64,000 nucleotides of DNA. Source: Minisyncoccota bacterium (GTDB lineage: Bacteria > Patescibacteriota > Minisyncoccia > Phycocordibacterales > JAACPR01). How positions within the stretch are numbered: position 1 is the stretch's first letter; each line of letters begins with the position of its first letter. Position numbers and translations under genes: made by a program. The stretch covers positions 2,582-66,581 of the forward strand of contig JBAYWG010000003.1 of NCBI GenBank assembly GCA_041674225.1. The letters are read 5' to 3'. Below, one piece after another: positions 18,969 to 29,100 of this stretch. Under the pieces are notes generated by a model that did no database searches, was not told where the DNA came from, and was given only the letters and a program-made list of their open reading frames with translations.

Positions 18969-19553
18969 TTACTTCGCAAAGTGTATATCAACCTCACCTT
19001 CTTTAACTGAAATAATAGGGTGAGTCACAATTAAAACATGAGCCGGTTTTTCTGTTTTATTTTCAAACTGATGAATTTGATTAGATGGGATGTCCATTTC
19101 TAAACCATCTTCACATTTATATTCTTTATCTAGAATTGCTTTCTTTTGCAAAAAATCAATATAACCAGTCCGATAAACTAAGTCCGCTGGTTTTATAAAT
19201 CCAGACTTATCACCCAAAACCACAAACGAAGAAGACCCTACCTCGTGTAGGTGTGCATCTGAAGTTTGCCCTGTCTCAACCTTTGCGACTACAACTTGAT
19301 ATTCTTCAGGTGATCCAACAAATTTTTCTAACATTTCGGGACGCATCCATATCAATTCCAAATCAGCATGTATAGTTTTTTCAAAATCAAATAATTCCTC
19401 TACTGAATATTCTCCATTCAGTATTAAATTGTGTATTTTGTTAAGGGCATCATGTCTTTCTTCTAACATTTTTGGAAACTTATCTAGAGCAATTTCTCTT
19501 TTTTCAAAATTAGAAATCCCTGGTTTTGTTTCTATAAAATCTTTTCTTTCCAT
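18969..19553 (-). CDS. Hypothetical protein, cupin-like beta-barrel suspected
   Basis: 194 aa and soluble. HLHEVGSSSFVVLGD resembles a cupin motif. Similarity is weak. Confidence 0.3.
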   Translation of the reverse strand: MERKDFIETKPGISNFEKREIALDKFPKMLEERHDALNKIHNLILNGEYSVEELFDFEKTIHADLELIWMRPEMLEKFVGSPEEYQVVVAKVETGQTSDAHLHEVGSSSFVVLGDKSGFIKPADLVYRTGYIDFLQKKAILDKEYKCEDGLEMDIPSNQIHQFENKTEKPAHVLIVTHPIISVKEGEVDIHFAK

Positions 19554-19668
19554 ATTCTATATTTATAACATGACACCATCTAAAAACCACATCCCCACAA
19601 AAAATTTGCCAAAACATACATTAGTGTAGTATTACTTGATGAGCGATTATCAATAACTTCGCGAAATT

Positions 19669-21837
19669 ATGTCTAAATTAGTAATAGTAGAGTCACCTGC
19701 AAAGGCAAAGACAATTGAAAAATATCTTTCAGAAATCGGAAAATACCGGGTGGTTGCTTCTGTTGGACATATTCGCGATCTTCCTAAAAATCAAAAGAAA
19801 GCTATCAATATCGAAAAAGGTTTCGTTCCAAATTATGAAGTTGTAAAAGGAAAAGAAAAAATTATTGATGATATAAAAAGTTTGGCAAAAAAAGCTGATG
19901 AAGTACTCCTAGCGACCGACCCCGACCGAGAAGGTGAAGCTATTGCGTGGCACTTAAAAGAAGCGATTGGACTAAAGGGTTCAAAGAGAATTGTTTTTAA
20001 TGAGATTACAAAAGAAGCAATTCAAGAAGCTATAAATCATCCTCGAGAAATTGATATCAATCTAAAAGAAGCACAAGAAGCTCGAAGGGTTTTGGATCGA
20101 CTTTTCGGTTATGGACTTTCTGGATTAATTTGGAAAAAAGTTCGTTATGGACTTTCTGCGGGAAGAGTTCAATCACCTGCTCTACGAATTCTTATGGAAA
20201 GAGAAAGAGAAATTCGTGCATTCAACGCTGAAACTTTTTGGGTCATCACAGCAGATGTTAAATCAAAGGAGAATATTTCTTTTGTTGTCACTTGTGTTGA
20301 AGAACCTGGGGACAAAAAAGAGGTTGAACGAATTTTAGCAGAAGGAGAAAAAGGAAAATGGTTTGTTAAAGATATAAAAGAAACTCAAGCAAAAAGAGCT
20401 CCGCGTCCCCCATTTATTACATCAACACTTCAACAAGCTGCATCAACTCGACTTGGTTATTCACCTTCTAGAACAATGCAACTCGCACAAAAACTTTATG
20501 AAGCTGGACACATTACATACATGCGTACAGACTCTACCAACCTGTCAGCACAAGCCATTGGTCAAATAAAAAGTACCGTTGAAAAAAGATTCGGTGCTGA
20601 TTACTTTTCTGCAAGACTTTATGGAAAAAAATCTAAAAGTGCGCAGGAGGCTCACGAAGCAATACGACCAACCAACTTTGCAAAAGATAATTCCGGACAA
20701 ACTGAAGAACAAAAACGTTTATACAATTTGATTTGGGCAAGAACTGTATCAAGTCAAATGATTGATGCACAGCTTTTACGAACAAAAATTACAGCTAATG
20801 TAGAAAAAGATTCTATTCCTGATTTTAATATCAACGGGCAAAGAACATTAGCTCCAGGTTGGATGAAAGCTGACCCTGCAGCAAAAAGTGAAGAAACGGA
20901 AGTTCCAAAAGTTAAAGTCGGAGATAAACTAGACTTAGTTAAAATCAATGATGAAGAAAAACAAACTCAACCACCTTCACGATATACAGAAGCTGGTTTA
21001 ATTAAAGAACTTGAAAAAAGAGGCATCGGACGACCTTCAACATATGCTGCAATTATTCGTACACTAAACGATCGTGGTTATGTAAATAAAGAGGGACGAA
21101 CTTTAATTCCAACAGACACAGGAGATGTCGTTTCTAGTTTTGTAGAGCAACATTTTGAAAAATATATTTCTGATGATTTCACTTCAGAAATGGAATCTGA
21201 ATTAGATGAAATTGCAACTGGTGACAGAACATACAAAAAAACTTTAAGTGATTTTTATACACCTTTCATGAAGGATGTTGATGCAAAAGATGAAATTGAA
21301 AAAATTACAAACTTAGGGGACGCCGATGAAAAGTTTAAATGTCCGAAATGCAAAAGTTTAATGCAAATCAAACTTGGTAAAGCTGGGAAGTTTTTATCTT
21401 GTGCAAAATTTCCAGACTGTGATGGAGCTCTAACAATCGAAGGTGAAGAATGGAAACAAGATGAACCTATTGGAACAGATCCAGAAAGTGGACTTCCTAT
21501 CACAGTATTGAATGGACGATTCGGACCATATCTACAAATTGGAGAAAAGACAAAAGAAAATCCAAAACCTCGTCGAGCAAGTATTCCAAAAGAAATCGAA
21601 CCGAGCATCATAACAATGGAGCAAGCATTGAAATTTTTATCATTGCCTAGAAATCTAGGAACACATCCAACAACAGGAAAAGACATTCTCGCCAACAACG
21701 GAAGATTTGGACCGTACGTAATGCACGATGGAGATTTTCGTTCCCTAAAAACAGATAGTGTTTATGAAGTAGATTTAAAAAGAGCTTTAGAAATTTTAGC
21801 TGAAGAAAAGAAGACTCGAAGAGGACGTCAAAAATAA
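19669..21837 (+). CDS. topA: DNA topoisomerase I
   Basis: TOPRIM start KLVIVESPAKAKTI. Topo IA core. C-terminal Zn-ribbon CPKCKS...C..C. Confidence 0.9.
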   Translation: MSKLVIVESPAKAKTIEKYLSEIGKYRVVASVGHIRDLPKNQKKAINIEKGFVPNYEVVKGKEKIIDDIKSLAKKADEVLLATDPDREGEAIAWHLKEAIGLKGSKRIVFNEITKEAIQEAINHPREIDINLKEAQEARRVLDRLFGYGLSGLIWKKVRYGLSAGRVQSPALRILMEREREIRAFNAETFWVITADVKSKENISFVVTCVEEPGDKKEVERILAEGEKGKWFVKDIKETQAKRAPRPPFITSTLQQAASTRLGYSPSRTMQLAQKLYEAGHITYMRTDSTNLSAQAIGQIKSTVEKRFGADYFSARLYGKKSKSAQEAHEAIRPTNFAKDNSGQTEEQKRLYNLIWARTVSSQMIDAQLLRTKITANVEKDSIPDFNINGQRTLAPGWMKADPAAKSEETEVPKVKVGDKLDLVKINDEEKQTQPPSRYTEAGLIKELEKRGIGRPSTYAAIIRTLNDRGYVNKEGRTLIPTDTGDVVSSFVEQHFEKYISDDFTSEMESELDEIATGDRTYKKTLSDFYTPFMKDVDAKDEIEKITNLGDADEKFKCPKCKSLMQIKLGKAGKFLSCAKFPDCDGALTIEGEEWKQDEPIGTDPESGLPITVLNGRFGPYLQIGEKTKENPKPRRASIPKEIEPSIITMEQALKFLSLPRNLGTHPTTGKDILANNGRFGPYVMHDGDFRSLKTDSVYEVDLKRALEILAEEKKTRRGRQK

Positions 21838-21845
21838 AAAATTTA

Positions 21846-21878
21846 GCCGGTATTGTGTTGATCTCACAATACCGGCTA
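21846..21878 (+). terminator. Hairpin (13-bp stem) immediately downstream of topA
   Basis: agccggtattgtg-ttgatct-cacaataccggct. The downstream sequence is not strongly T-rich, so termination efficiency is uncertain. Confidence 0.45.
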
Positions 21879-22169
21879 ATATCCGCTTAGAGGGTTTCCC
21901 TAATTTGTTGGCGTGCGCATGATGAAGCGAACCAATACGCAGGCAACAATGTGGCTCGTCAGAAAACTGATCTCCTTTTTCTGGTTAGATTTTCTGGGAA
22001 AAATCTATCGGAAAATACCATTCCACTAAACCGTTCTATGCTGCGCATTTCTAAGTCGAGCAACATGGTTGCAAAATTCAGAAACCCGCTGAATTTTGCA
22101 GCCCCAAAGAAACAAAGAACGAGTTACCGTGAGATATTTACATTTTTAAACAAAACAGTCAACAAAGGC

Positions 22170-23135
22170 TTAAACTGTAAAGTTATCAATCGAAAATACT
22201 TCTTCGTCATCTAGCTCTGAAGGAGAATTATCCACTTCTAAAATCTCGTCGTTTTGTGTGTCTGAGGGATTAGCAACAGATGCTTCTTTTTCTCTATTTT
22301 CGTTTATCAAAGCTAAAATATTTCGTAGATCTTCTTCATTGAAATAATCAATTCTAATTCTTCCTCCAACTTCTTTTGGTTCAATATGAACTCTAGTTCC
22401 CAGTGCATCACTCGCCTTTTTCTCCATTTCAAAAATATCCGGAGCGAATGTTCTCTCTGGTCGTCGAATTTTTTCTTGCGCAATACCTCGTGCAATTTTT
22501 TCTGCATCACGCACAGTCATTCTCTTCAAAACGATTTCTTTGAACAAAACATTCTGTTCTTCTGGCCGACTTGAAAGCATTAACAATGGTCTTGTATGTC
22601 CTTCTGAAATTTTTCCTTCACCAAGCGCAGCTAAAATTTCTTCCGGTAGTGCCAAAAGACGAATTGTATTTGAAACATACTCACGACTCTTCCCAACTTT
22701 TTTCGCAATATCAACATGCTTTAATTTAAACTCTTCAGCAAGTCTTTGAAATGATCGTGCTCGATCAACAGCATTCAAATCTTCTCGTTGTAAGTTTTCG
22801 ATAATTGCTAATTCAAGTTTTACCCTGTCATCATCTTCTTTGGCACGAATCAAAGCTGGCACCTCTCGAAGCCCAGCAAGCTTTGAAGCACGTAATCTTC
22901 TTTCTCCTGCAATCAATTCATATTCAACACCAATTCCTCCATCGTCCTTTTGATATTCTTTTCTTGTAACAACAAGTGGTTGAAGAATTCCGTACATACG
23001 AATAGAATCTGCAAGGTCGCGAAGCTTTGCTTCATCAAATTCTTGCCGAGGTTGAAATGGATTCGGTCTAATTTTTTCTACCTCAATAAAGAAAACGGCG
23101 TTGTTATGGAATACTGAATGTGGTGTTTCTGACAT
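22170..23135 (-). CDS. parB: Chromosome partitioning protein ParB/Spo0J with acidic C-terminal tail
   Basis: ParB box GERRLRASKLAGL. HTH. No adjacent parA in the window. Confidence 0.85.
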   Translation of the reverse strand: MSETPHSVFHNNAVFFIEVEKIRPNPFQPRQEFDEAKLRDLADSIRMYGILQPLVVTRKEYQKDDGGIGVEYELIAGERRLRASKLAGLREVPALIRAKEDDDRVKLELAIIENLQREDLNAVDRARSFQRLAEEFKLKHVDIAKKVGKSREYVSNTIRLLALPEEILAALGEGKISEGHTRPLLMLSSRPEEQNVLFKEIVLKRMTVRDAEKIARGIAQEKIRRPERTFAPDIFEMEKKASDALGTRVHIEPKEVGGRIRIDYFNEEDLRNILALINENREKEASVANPSDTQNDEILEVDNSPSELDDEEVFSIDNFTV

Positions 23136-23217
23136 ATTGAGGACATTTTAGCACAAAGTTTGAAACCTCAAAAAGATTGCAACTATGAGCTTTTTTTCGT
23201 AAGCTATTTGAACACTT

Positions 23218-23299
23218 GCCGAGGTGGCGGAATTGGTAGACGCGCACGACTCAAAATCGTGTTCCGTAAGGGGTGAGGGTTCGATTCCCTCTCTCGGCA
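23218..23299 (+). tRNA. tRNA-Leu (anticodon CAA), long variable arm
   Basis: Acceptor GCCGAGG/TCTCGGC. Anticodon stem-loop CACGA-CTCAAAA-TCGTG. T-arm GAGGG-TTCGATT-CCCTC. Discriminator A. Confidence 0.85.
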
Positions 23300-23303
23300 C
23301 AAA

Positions 23304-23340
23304 GAAAAAAAGCCGCACGACGAAGTCGTGCGGCTTTTAA
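23304..23340. terminator. Bidirectional intrinsic terminator between tRNA-Leu (+) and pheA (-)
   Basis: AAAAAAA-agccgcacgac-gaa-gtcgtgcggct-TTTT. Confidence 0.75.
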
Positions 23341-23348
23341 CCTATATC

Positions 23349-24221
23349 TCACCTTGAAAGAACTTCAAAAGGACCGAAGCACAAATGACTTGTAACATTT
23401 GATTCAAACCTTCCGACAGCACGTTCAAATGCATCCAACTGCTCTTCTGCGACTTCAATTTCGATTGCAAAATTATAAATCCTATTACCCACATGGACTG
23501 AGTGAATCTGAATCAAATTCAAACCCTCTTCCGCGAACGGCAAAAGTGATTGAACCAATGCTCCAGGTTCATGTGCAAGTTCGTAAACAATAAGCACTCG
23601 ATTATTTTTTCCAACTGACACCGCATGTGATTTGGGTGCAATCAAAAAGAATGTCGTGAATGCTTCTTTGTCTTCAAAACTTTCATCAATAATTTTTAAA
23701 CCGTATTTTTCTGATGCGGACTTTGGACCCAAAGCAGCAAACATTGAATACCCTTCATCTTCAGATACAAGTCGAGCAGCTTCACCATTACTGGAGACAG
23801 AAATTGTCGGCAAAGTCGTTTTTGCAATATTACCTTTGCATGCTCCCAGTGATTTGGGGTGTGCAACAATCTTCTCAATTGAAGATTCCGAAACACCACC
23901 TCTTGTCATCAAACAAAAGTGTAGATTCATTTTGATTGCTCCAACAATTCGAAACGGACAATCCTCCGTTCTCTTATACATTGAGACCAATTCAATGAAT
24001 GATTCCAGCGGCTCTGCAACTCTACCTTCCGCCAATGTCTCCATCGCGATTGTTCCGTACCCTTCATGACCGCGAATCAAACCCAAAATTTCTGAATTTG
24101 AATTTGCAGGAACACAATTTGTCTCATCTGTTTTGGGAGCATCATAAATTTCCGACAGGATGTTGTATGCATCGTGCGAAAATGTTGCTCCAACCGGACC
24201 GAGAAACGTTATATTTTTCAT
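23349..24221 (-). CDS. pheA: Prephenate dehydratase (PDT catalytic domain plus C-terminal ACT domain)
   Basis: N-terminal ITFLGPVGATFSH. C-terminal ACT-like ...LIVYELAHEPGALVQSL.... A strong RBS aaggagaag lies upstream. Confidence 0.7.
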   Translation of the reverse strand: MKNITFLGPVGATFSHDAYNILSEIYDAPKTDETNCVPANSNSEILGLIRGHEGYGTIAMETLAEGRVAEPLESFIELVSMYKRTEDCPFRIVGAIKMNLHFCLMTRGGVSESSIEKIVAHPKSLGACKGNIAKTTLPTISVSSNGEAARLVSEDEGYSMFAALGPKSASEKYGLKIIDESFEDKEAFTTFFLIAPKSHAVSVGKNNRVLIVYELAHEPGALVQSLLPFAEEGLNLIQIHSVHVGNRIYNFAIEIEVAEEQLDAFERAVGRFESNVTSHLCFGPFEVLSR

Positions 24222-24390
24222 TTATCTTCTCCTTTACTTTTATTTTATTGTTAATGTACTCCTTCTAAAAACAAAAAACCGCCATCCGAAGGGATAGCGG
24301 TTTGTCTTTAGAATATATACAACGCTAATTCACCCTTCGGATTTCCGAATTCTTAAACCAATTAAAGAATGAATTTGTGTGTATCACTCT
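24222..24390 (-). promoter_or_regulatory. Candidate pheA leader/attenuator: intrinsic terminator (cUUCGg loop plus U-run) ~45 nt upstream of pheA start, preceded by a complementary segment and a possible 20-codon F/W-rich leader ORF
   Basis: The minus-strand RNA reads ...AUCCGAAGGGUGAAUUAG...AACCGCUAUCCCUUCGGAUGGCGGUUUUUUGUUUUU...AAGGAGAAGAUAAAUG. AUCCGAAGGG is complementary to the hairpin apex CCCUUCGGAU. The ORF at 24325..24387 (-) encodes VIHTNSFFNWFKNSEIRRVN from a GTG start. Confidence 0.45.
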
Positions 24391-24448
24391 GTTATAGTAT
24401 CTAACCAAGTATTTTTACGCAAGATATAATTGACTTGATGATATATAT

Positions 24449-25321
24449 ATGTCAGTTTACTTTTATAAAATGAAAAACAAACTACCTAAAATTATTGTCA
24501 TTGTCGGACCCACAGCTTCTGGGAAAAGTGATCTGGCGGTAAAAGTTGCCAAAGAAAAAAATGGTGAGGTTATTTCTGCTGATTCAAGACAAGTTTATAA
24601 AGGTTTAGATATCGGAAGTGGAAAAATTACAAAACGTGAAATGCGCGGTGTTCCACATTTTCTTTTAGATGTCGCAAATCCAAAAAAAGTTTTTACCGTT
24701 GCTGATTTTAAAAGAATTGGACAAAAAGCAATCAGTGATATTTTGTCACGTGGAAAAACTCCGATAATTGTCGGTGGAACTGGTTTTTATATTGATGCAC
24801 TTGTATATGACATAGATATTCCAGAAGTTCCTCCAAATAAAATCCTTCGAGAAAAATTAGAGAAAAAATCTACTGAACAACTTTTCAAACAACTACAAAA
24901 ACTCGATCCCGAACGATCAGAGGAAATTGATTCAAAAAATAAAGTGCGATTAGTGCGTGCGATTGAGGTTGTGAAAGCTTTGGGAAAAGTACCGAAAACA
25001 AAAAAGAAAAATCAGTTTGATGTTGAGTGGATTGGAATTGATTGGCCTGATGAAATTTTAAAGGAAAGAATTCACACTCGCCTGTTGAAAAGAATCAAAT
25101 CCGGCATGATCAAAGAAGCAGAAAATTTACACGCGCAAGGATTGTCTTATAAGCGAATGGAATCTCTTGGCTTGGAATACAGATATATGGCACGATTTTT
25201 GAAAGGTGAAATTTCTCGCGAAGAAATGATTGCGGAACTTGAAATCAAAATTCGCCAATACACCAAACGCCAAAGAACTTGGTTTAAGAGAAATAAAGAT
25301 ATTAAGTGGATTAAAAACTAG
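24449..25321 (+). CDS. miaA: tRNA dimethylallyltransferase
   Basis: P-loop GPTASGKS. IPP transferase family conservation. The true start is probably MKNKLPK at 24470. Confidence 0.85.
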   Translation: MSVYFYKMKNKLPKIIVIVGPTASGKSDLAVKVAKEKNGEVISADSRQVYKGLDIGSGKITKREMRGVPHFLLDVANPKKVFTVADFKRIGQKAISDILSRGKTPIIVGGTGFYIDALVYDIDIPEVPPNKILREKLEKKSTEQLFKQLQKLDPERSEEIDSKNKVRLVRAIEVVKALGKVPKTKKKNQFDVEWIGIDWPDEILKERIHTRLLKRIKSGMIKEAENLHAQGLSYKRMESLGLEYRYMARFLKGEISREEMIAELEIKIRQYTKRQRTWFKRNKDIKWIKN

Positions 25322-25797
25322 GCCAACATCCTATCTACCAAACCCAACACATCGCTCGGAGTAGATTCTGCTTTAACGAGATATTTTGTGACTCCAAGAT
25401 TATTTCCTTTTTCAATTGCTTCTGATTGGTCGCCCATGTTAGATAGAACAATTTTAATCGCACCTTGATCAAGATTTTCTTCTTTCATTGTTTGCATAAA
25501 TTCAAAACCACTCATTCCAGGCATGATGATATCGATCAACATCAAATCAACTTTGTTTCCTGAACGCAAAACTTCTAGAGCCTCATCAGCTGAGCTACAA
25601 GTGATTGCTTCATAGCCTTCATTTTTTAGTCTCTTCGAATACATATCTAAAAGAAAAGTATCATCATCGACTAACAAAATTTTTCCTTTCGAAAGTTTTG
25701 CAACACTTTCCGTTGTGTTTTGTGTCTCTGAATTAGTTTGGTCTAAAGTAGATAATATTGATTGAAGTAATGTTGGTTTTTGCGTTATTGAAATCAT
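25318..25797 (-). CDS. Stand-alone response-regulator receiver (CheY-like) protein with ~35-aa N-terminal extension
   Basis: The receiver signature ILLVDDD...DLMLIDIIMPGMSGFEF is present. The phospho-acceptor Asp context is conserved. Confidence 0.7.
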   Translation of the reverse strand: MISITQKPTLLQSILSTLDQTNSETQNTTESVAKLSKGKILLVDDDTFLLDMYSKRLKNEGYEAITCSSADEALEVLRSGNKVDLMLIDIIMPGMSGFEFMQTMKEENLDQGAIKIVLSNMGDQSEAIEKGNNLGVTKYLVKAESTPSDVLGLVDRMLA

Positions 25798-25835
25798 GCC
25801 CTAATTTTACAACAAAATAAACGAAAAATCACACT

Positions 25836-25910
25836 TGGCGGGCCCACGAGGACTCGAACCTCGAACTGCGGTTTTGGAGACCGATGTTTTACCATTGAAA
25901 CTATAAGCCC
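25836..25910 (-). tRNA. tRNA-Trp (anticodon CCA), CCA encoded
   Basis: Acceptor GGGCTTA/TGGGCCC (two G-U pairs). Anticodon loop CTCCAAA. T-arm CGAGG-TTCGAGT-CCTCG. Discriminator G followed by CCA. Confidence 0.8.
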
Positions 25911-25943
25911 AGTGAAGATACTTTAACAAACAGAAGGCCATAA

Positions 25944-25980
25944 GAAAAGGAGCGGGCGCCTGCGGCGCCCGCTCCTTTTC
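25944..25980. terminator. GC-rich hairpin terminator between rpmG (-) and tRNA-Trp
   Basis: ggagcgggcgcc-tgc-ggcgcccgctcc flanked by A-run and T-run. On the minus strand it lies downstream of rpmG. Confidence 0.7.
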
Positions 25981-25999
25981 CCTCTCCAACCCTAAAAAA

Positions 26000-26155
26000 T
26001 TACTTCTTAATCTCTTTATAAACTGTAGGCTTTCGTAAAACCGGATTGTACTTTTTCAATTCAAGTTTTTTCTCAACAGTCTTCCGATTCTTTCGAGTAA
26101 ATCGAATATGCCCTGTTTCTTGGCATTTAATTTTAACTAATTTATCTTGTGACAT
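26000..26155 (-). CDS. rpmG: 50S ribosomal protein L33 (51 aa; below ORF-track length cutoff)
   Basis: Hand translation gives MSQDKLVKIKCQETGHIRFTRKNRKTVEKKLELKKYNPVLRKPTVYKEIKK. The L33 signature KLVKIKC...GH and LELKKY.P are present. Confidence 0.8.
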   Translation of the reverse strand: MSQDKLVKIKCQETGHIRFTRKNRKTVEKKLELKKYNPVLRKPTVYKEIKK

Positions 26156-26198
26156 AGTCCATAGAGATTACCACAACCTCAGATTTTAGGCAATAAAG

Positions 26199-29100
26199 CT
26201 ATATTTCCCTCACCTCTGGACTCAATAAGCAAACAACCTCTGATGCCAAAACTTGCCCACTGAATTGTTTACAAGAAATCTGATACCGTCCTGGATCTAA
26301 CTCTAGAGGGCCTGAAACATCCACACTGACTGCCTCCTGACCATCCTTAGTCAAAACACATGTTGTTGCATCATTTACAGAGCTTATGTCTAACATACAT
26401 CTTCTATTTGTAAGAATTTGCCGTATTCCACCATCAAACAACCTGCCTGGTGCTTGTTGTGTTGTAGAAGTTTCAATATCCACCTCAGTATCAAGAGGAT
26501 TCAAAATTTCACAGTCAGATTTGCTGGTAAAGACGAGTTTGGATGATGAACTACCTTCATTGTCTTGCACGCTCACATTAAAGGTCTTGCTACCCGAATC
26601 AGTCCACACACGAGTTGTGCTAACTGATGAAGCTGTTGTGTATCCACTTGCTGGTAGTATTTGATCAACAAAACCATCATTATTCCAATCTATTAAAAAT
26701 CGAATTCTTTTTCCTGCATTAACAGATTTAAAAGTATAAGGTATCTCATTTCCAACTGGATTGCTCACACAAGCATTTCTAGAAACAGATGGTGACTGCA
26801 AAAATAATCCTGGTATCAAAGCATCAGGAGTTACAGTAATAGGACAAGATATTTGTTGTGCAGAGATCATAAGATGACTCGATACCTTACTCCATTCTGA
26901 CATAAGTGTCTCATGTGCAGGTTTTAGTAATTGAAGAGTGTTTTTTAATCCTCCTGTAAAAGAATACTTTTGAAATTTAATTGGTAAATCTGTATTTCCC
27001 ATTAAATAATTTAGAATCTGCCAAGAACTTACGATATTACTATTGGAATAATTTGTAACTAAAGAAGGAGAAGCGTGTTTCAAACAACTATTAGCTGCAA
27101 GATTTCCATTTCCCCAACTTCCTCCTCCTGTATTACTGATACCATAATGAAACACACCATATGTACTACTAAATTGAAACAGCGCAGTGTAATTTCCCAA
27201 AACATCCATAACACAATCTTTATCACTACCAACACTAGCGCAACTTGTAGGCAATCCACTAATAGCTTTATTGGGTGGATTAACAGAAAGATCTGTATAA
27301 GTTTTAATTATTCCAGCAAAAGCACTATTCTCTTCTCTAATATAATTTTTTTCTACACACAAATTTGAAGGTGCAGCACCACCTGATTTCCAACTTCCAT
27401 AAGGAGAGTCATATGTACCTCCACTTCCAAACCAAGAAACATCTTCATTCTGATGAGGAATAAACTCAAATTTTAATCTTGTTCCAGCAGGTACAGATGA
27501 TCCACAAGCAACGACTTCACCTGTATTTAAATTTAAAACTCTGGTGCTATATCTGACAGTCGCGGTAACGTTTTTCAGAGCACCAGGAACTTTTCCTTTT
27601 GTTAGAGCTTCTATAGGAGTACCCTTAGTGATTCCATCTGGAGTAACTGTATTAGTGAAAACAAAAGAAGGATTAGGTGATGTCCAAACCACACTTTCAG
27701 CTTTAACTTGATTAATATCCCAGAAAAAAGCAGGTGAAAAAACTATTAGAAATATTAATAGTTTTTGAGAGTTTGATTTTGATTTCATTAAAAGTCCAAA
27801 TAAAATTAACACCACAAGTAAGACTCCAGCAGCAACACTAATAATGATGTTGTTTTTTAATAAATTCATCAAGTACGATCCTGAATTTTCAAAAGAACCA
27901 CAAGCATTGAATTGTTCACATCTGTAATAGACCGTATCCTCATCAACTAATTCATCGCCTTGATACAAAAACGCTTTAATTATAAATGTTGAATGATTAC
28001 TCTTTGGCACAAATTTATCCAGTGTTGCCATCATGTCTCCAGAAATATTTCCAGAAAATTCATGTTCGTGAATCAAGTTACTATTTTCATCTAACACTTG
28101 TATAACAAGTCTTCCTTGTACAACACTATCTGCTGTATTGTGAAAACACGCAAATAATTCAACTTCCTGATTTTTAATTAATGGATATTGCTTAACGGCA
28201 GGAAAGTTAATTCTAAGTCTGTCTGCCCCACTCAAAACAAATCTTGGATTTAAAATTGATTTTGTATCTTTGTATTTTAGTACAATCTCAGAAAGATATA
28301 CTGGATAATTTTTATCTGAAACATCAAAAGAAGCTTCCTTAGAACTTCGAGCGGGCACAGTAACCCACGATTCTTTTTCTTGAAGATTATTTTCTTGATG
28401 CATTGCATCCCAATAAAATGTCTTGAATGCAACAGGAACAGTGACCTCTTCATTCGTACTATTTACAACAGTCGCTTTAATTTTTGTAGGTTTTTGAGAA
28501 TCTACCCTTGGAGGATAAGCTGCAAAAAAATATGGGGCATCATTTATTGTGACGCTATTTTTATCAAAATAAACACCAATATTTTGACCATCAACCACAT
28601 TAAACTCAGCAGTATTACCAACAACATCATCAGTAAATGAAAGACCTAGTAGATTGTATTTATGGTTAGCTACAAAAAATGTGGCTACTTGATATTTACC
28701 ACTCTTCGCAAAAGCTGGGACCTTCCATTCAAATTCAATTGGTCTAGACTCGTTAGCTTTCAAATTTAAATCCCTCAACACAATAAATTGATCAACTACA
28801 TCTGGGCCATTATAATTTTGACCTTCATCATCATTCACTCGAAAAATTTTCACATACAAAGTTCCATTAACTATTGGATATTGATTCTCATTTTTAACAT
28901 CACCAAAAAAAGGAACTGTAACGCCTGGCACAGTTCCAGGAATGTTTGTTTTAATATTTGCTTGAACAGATCCAAATTTATAATGGTCAAAACAAGATAC
29001 TGTCTCACTTGCTTGTAGAGAATTTTTATCTTCTACTTGAGAATTTGTTTCCCAAATTTCTGTTGCTTGATTTACAACATTTTCGTCCACTTCAAAATTA

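Noticed and set aside
21951-22214. Track ORF of 87 aa on the plus strand
   Set aside because: It overlaps the GC-rich structured intergenic region and the parB 3' end, has no motifs and has basic low-complexity composition. Likely not coding.
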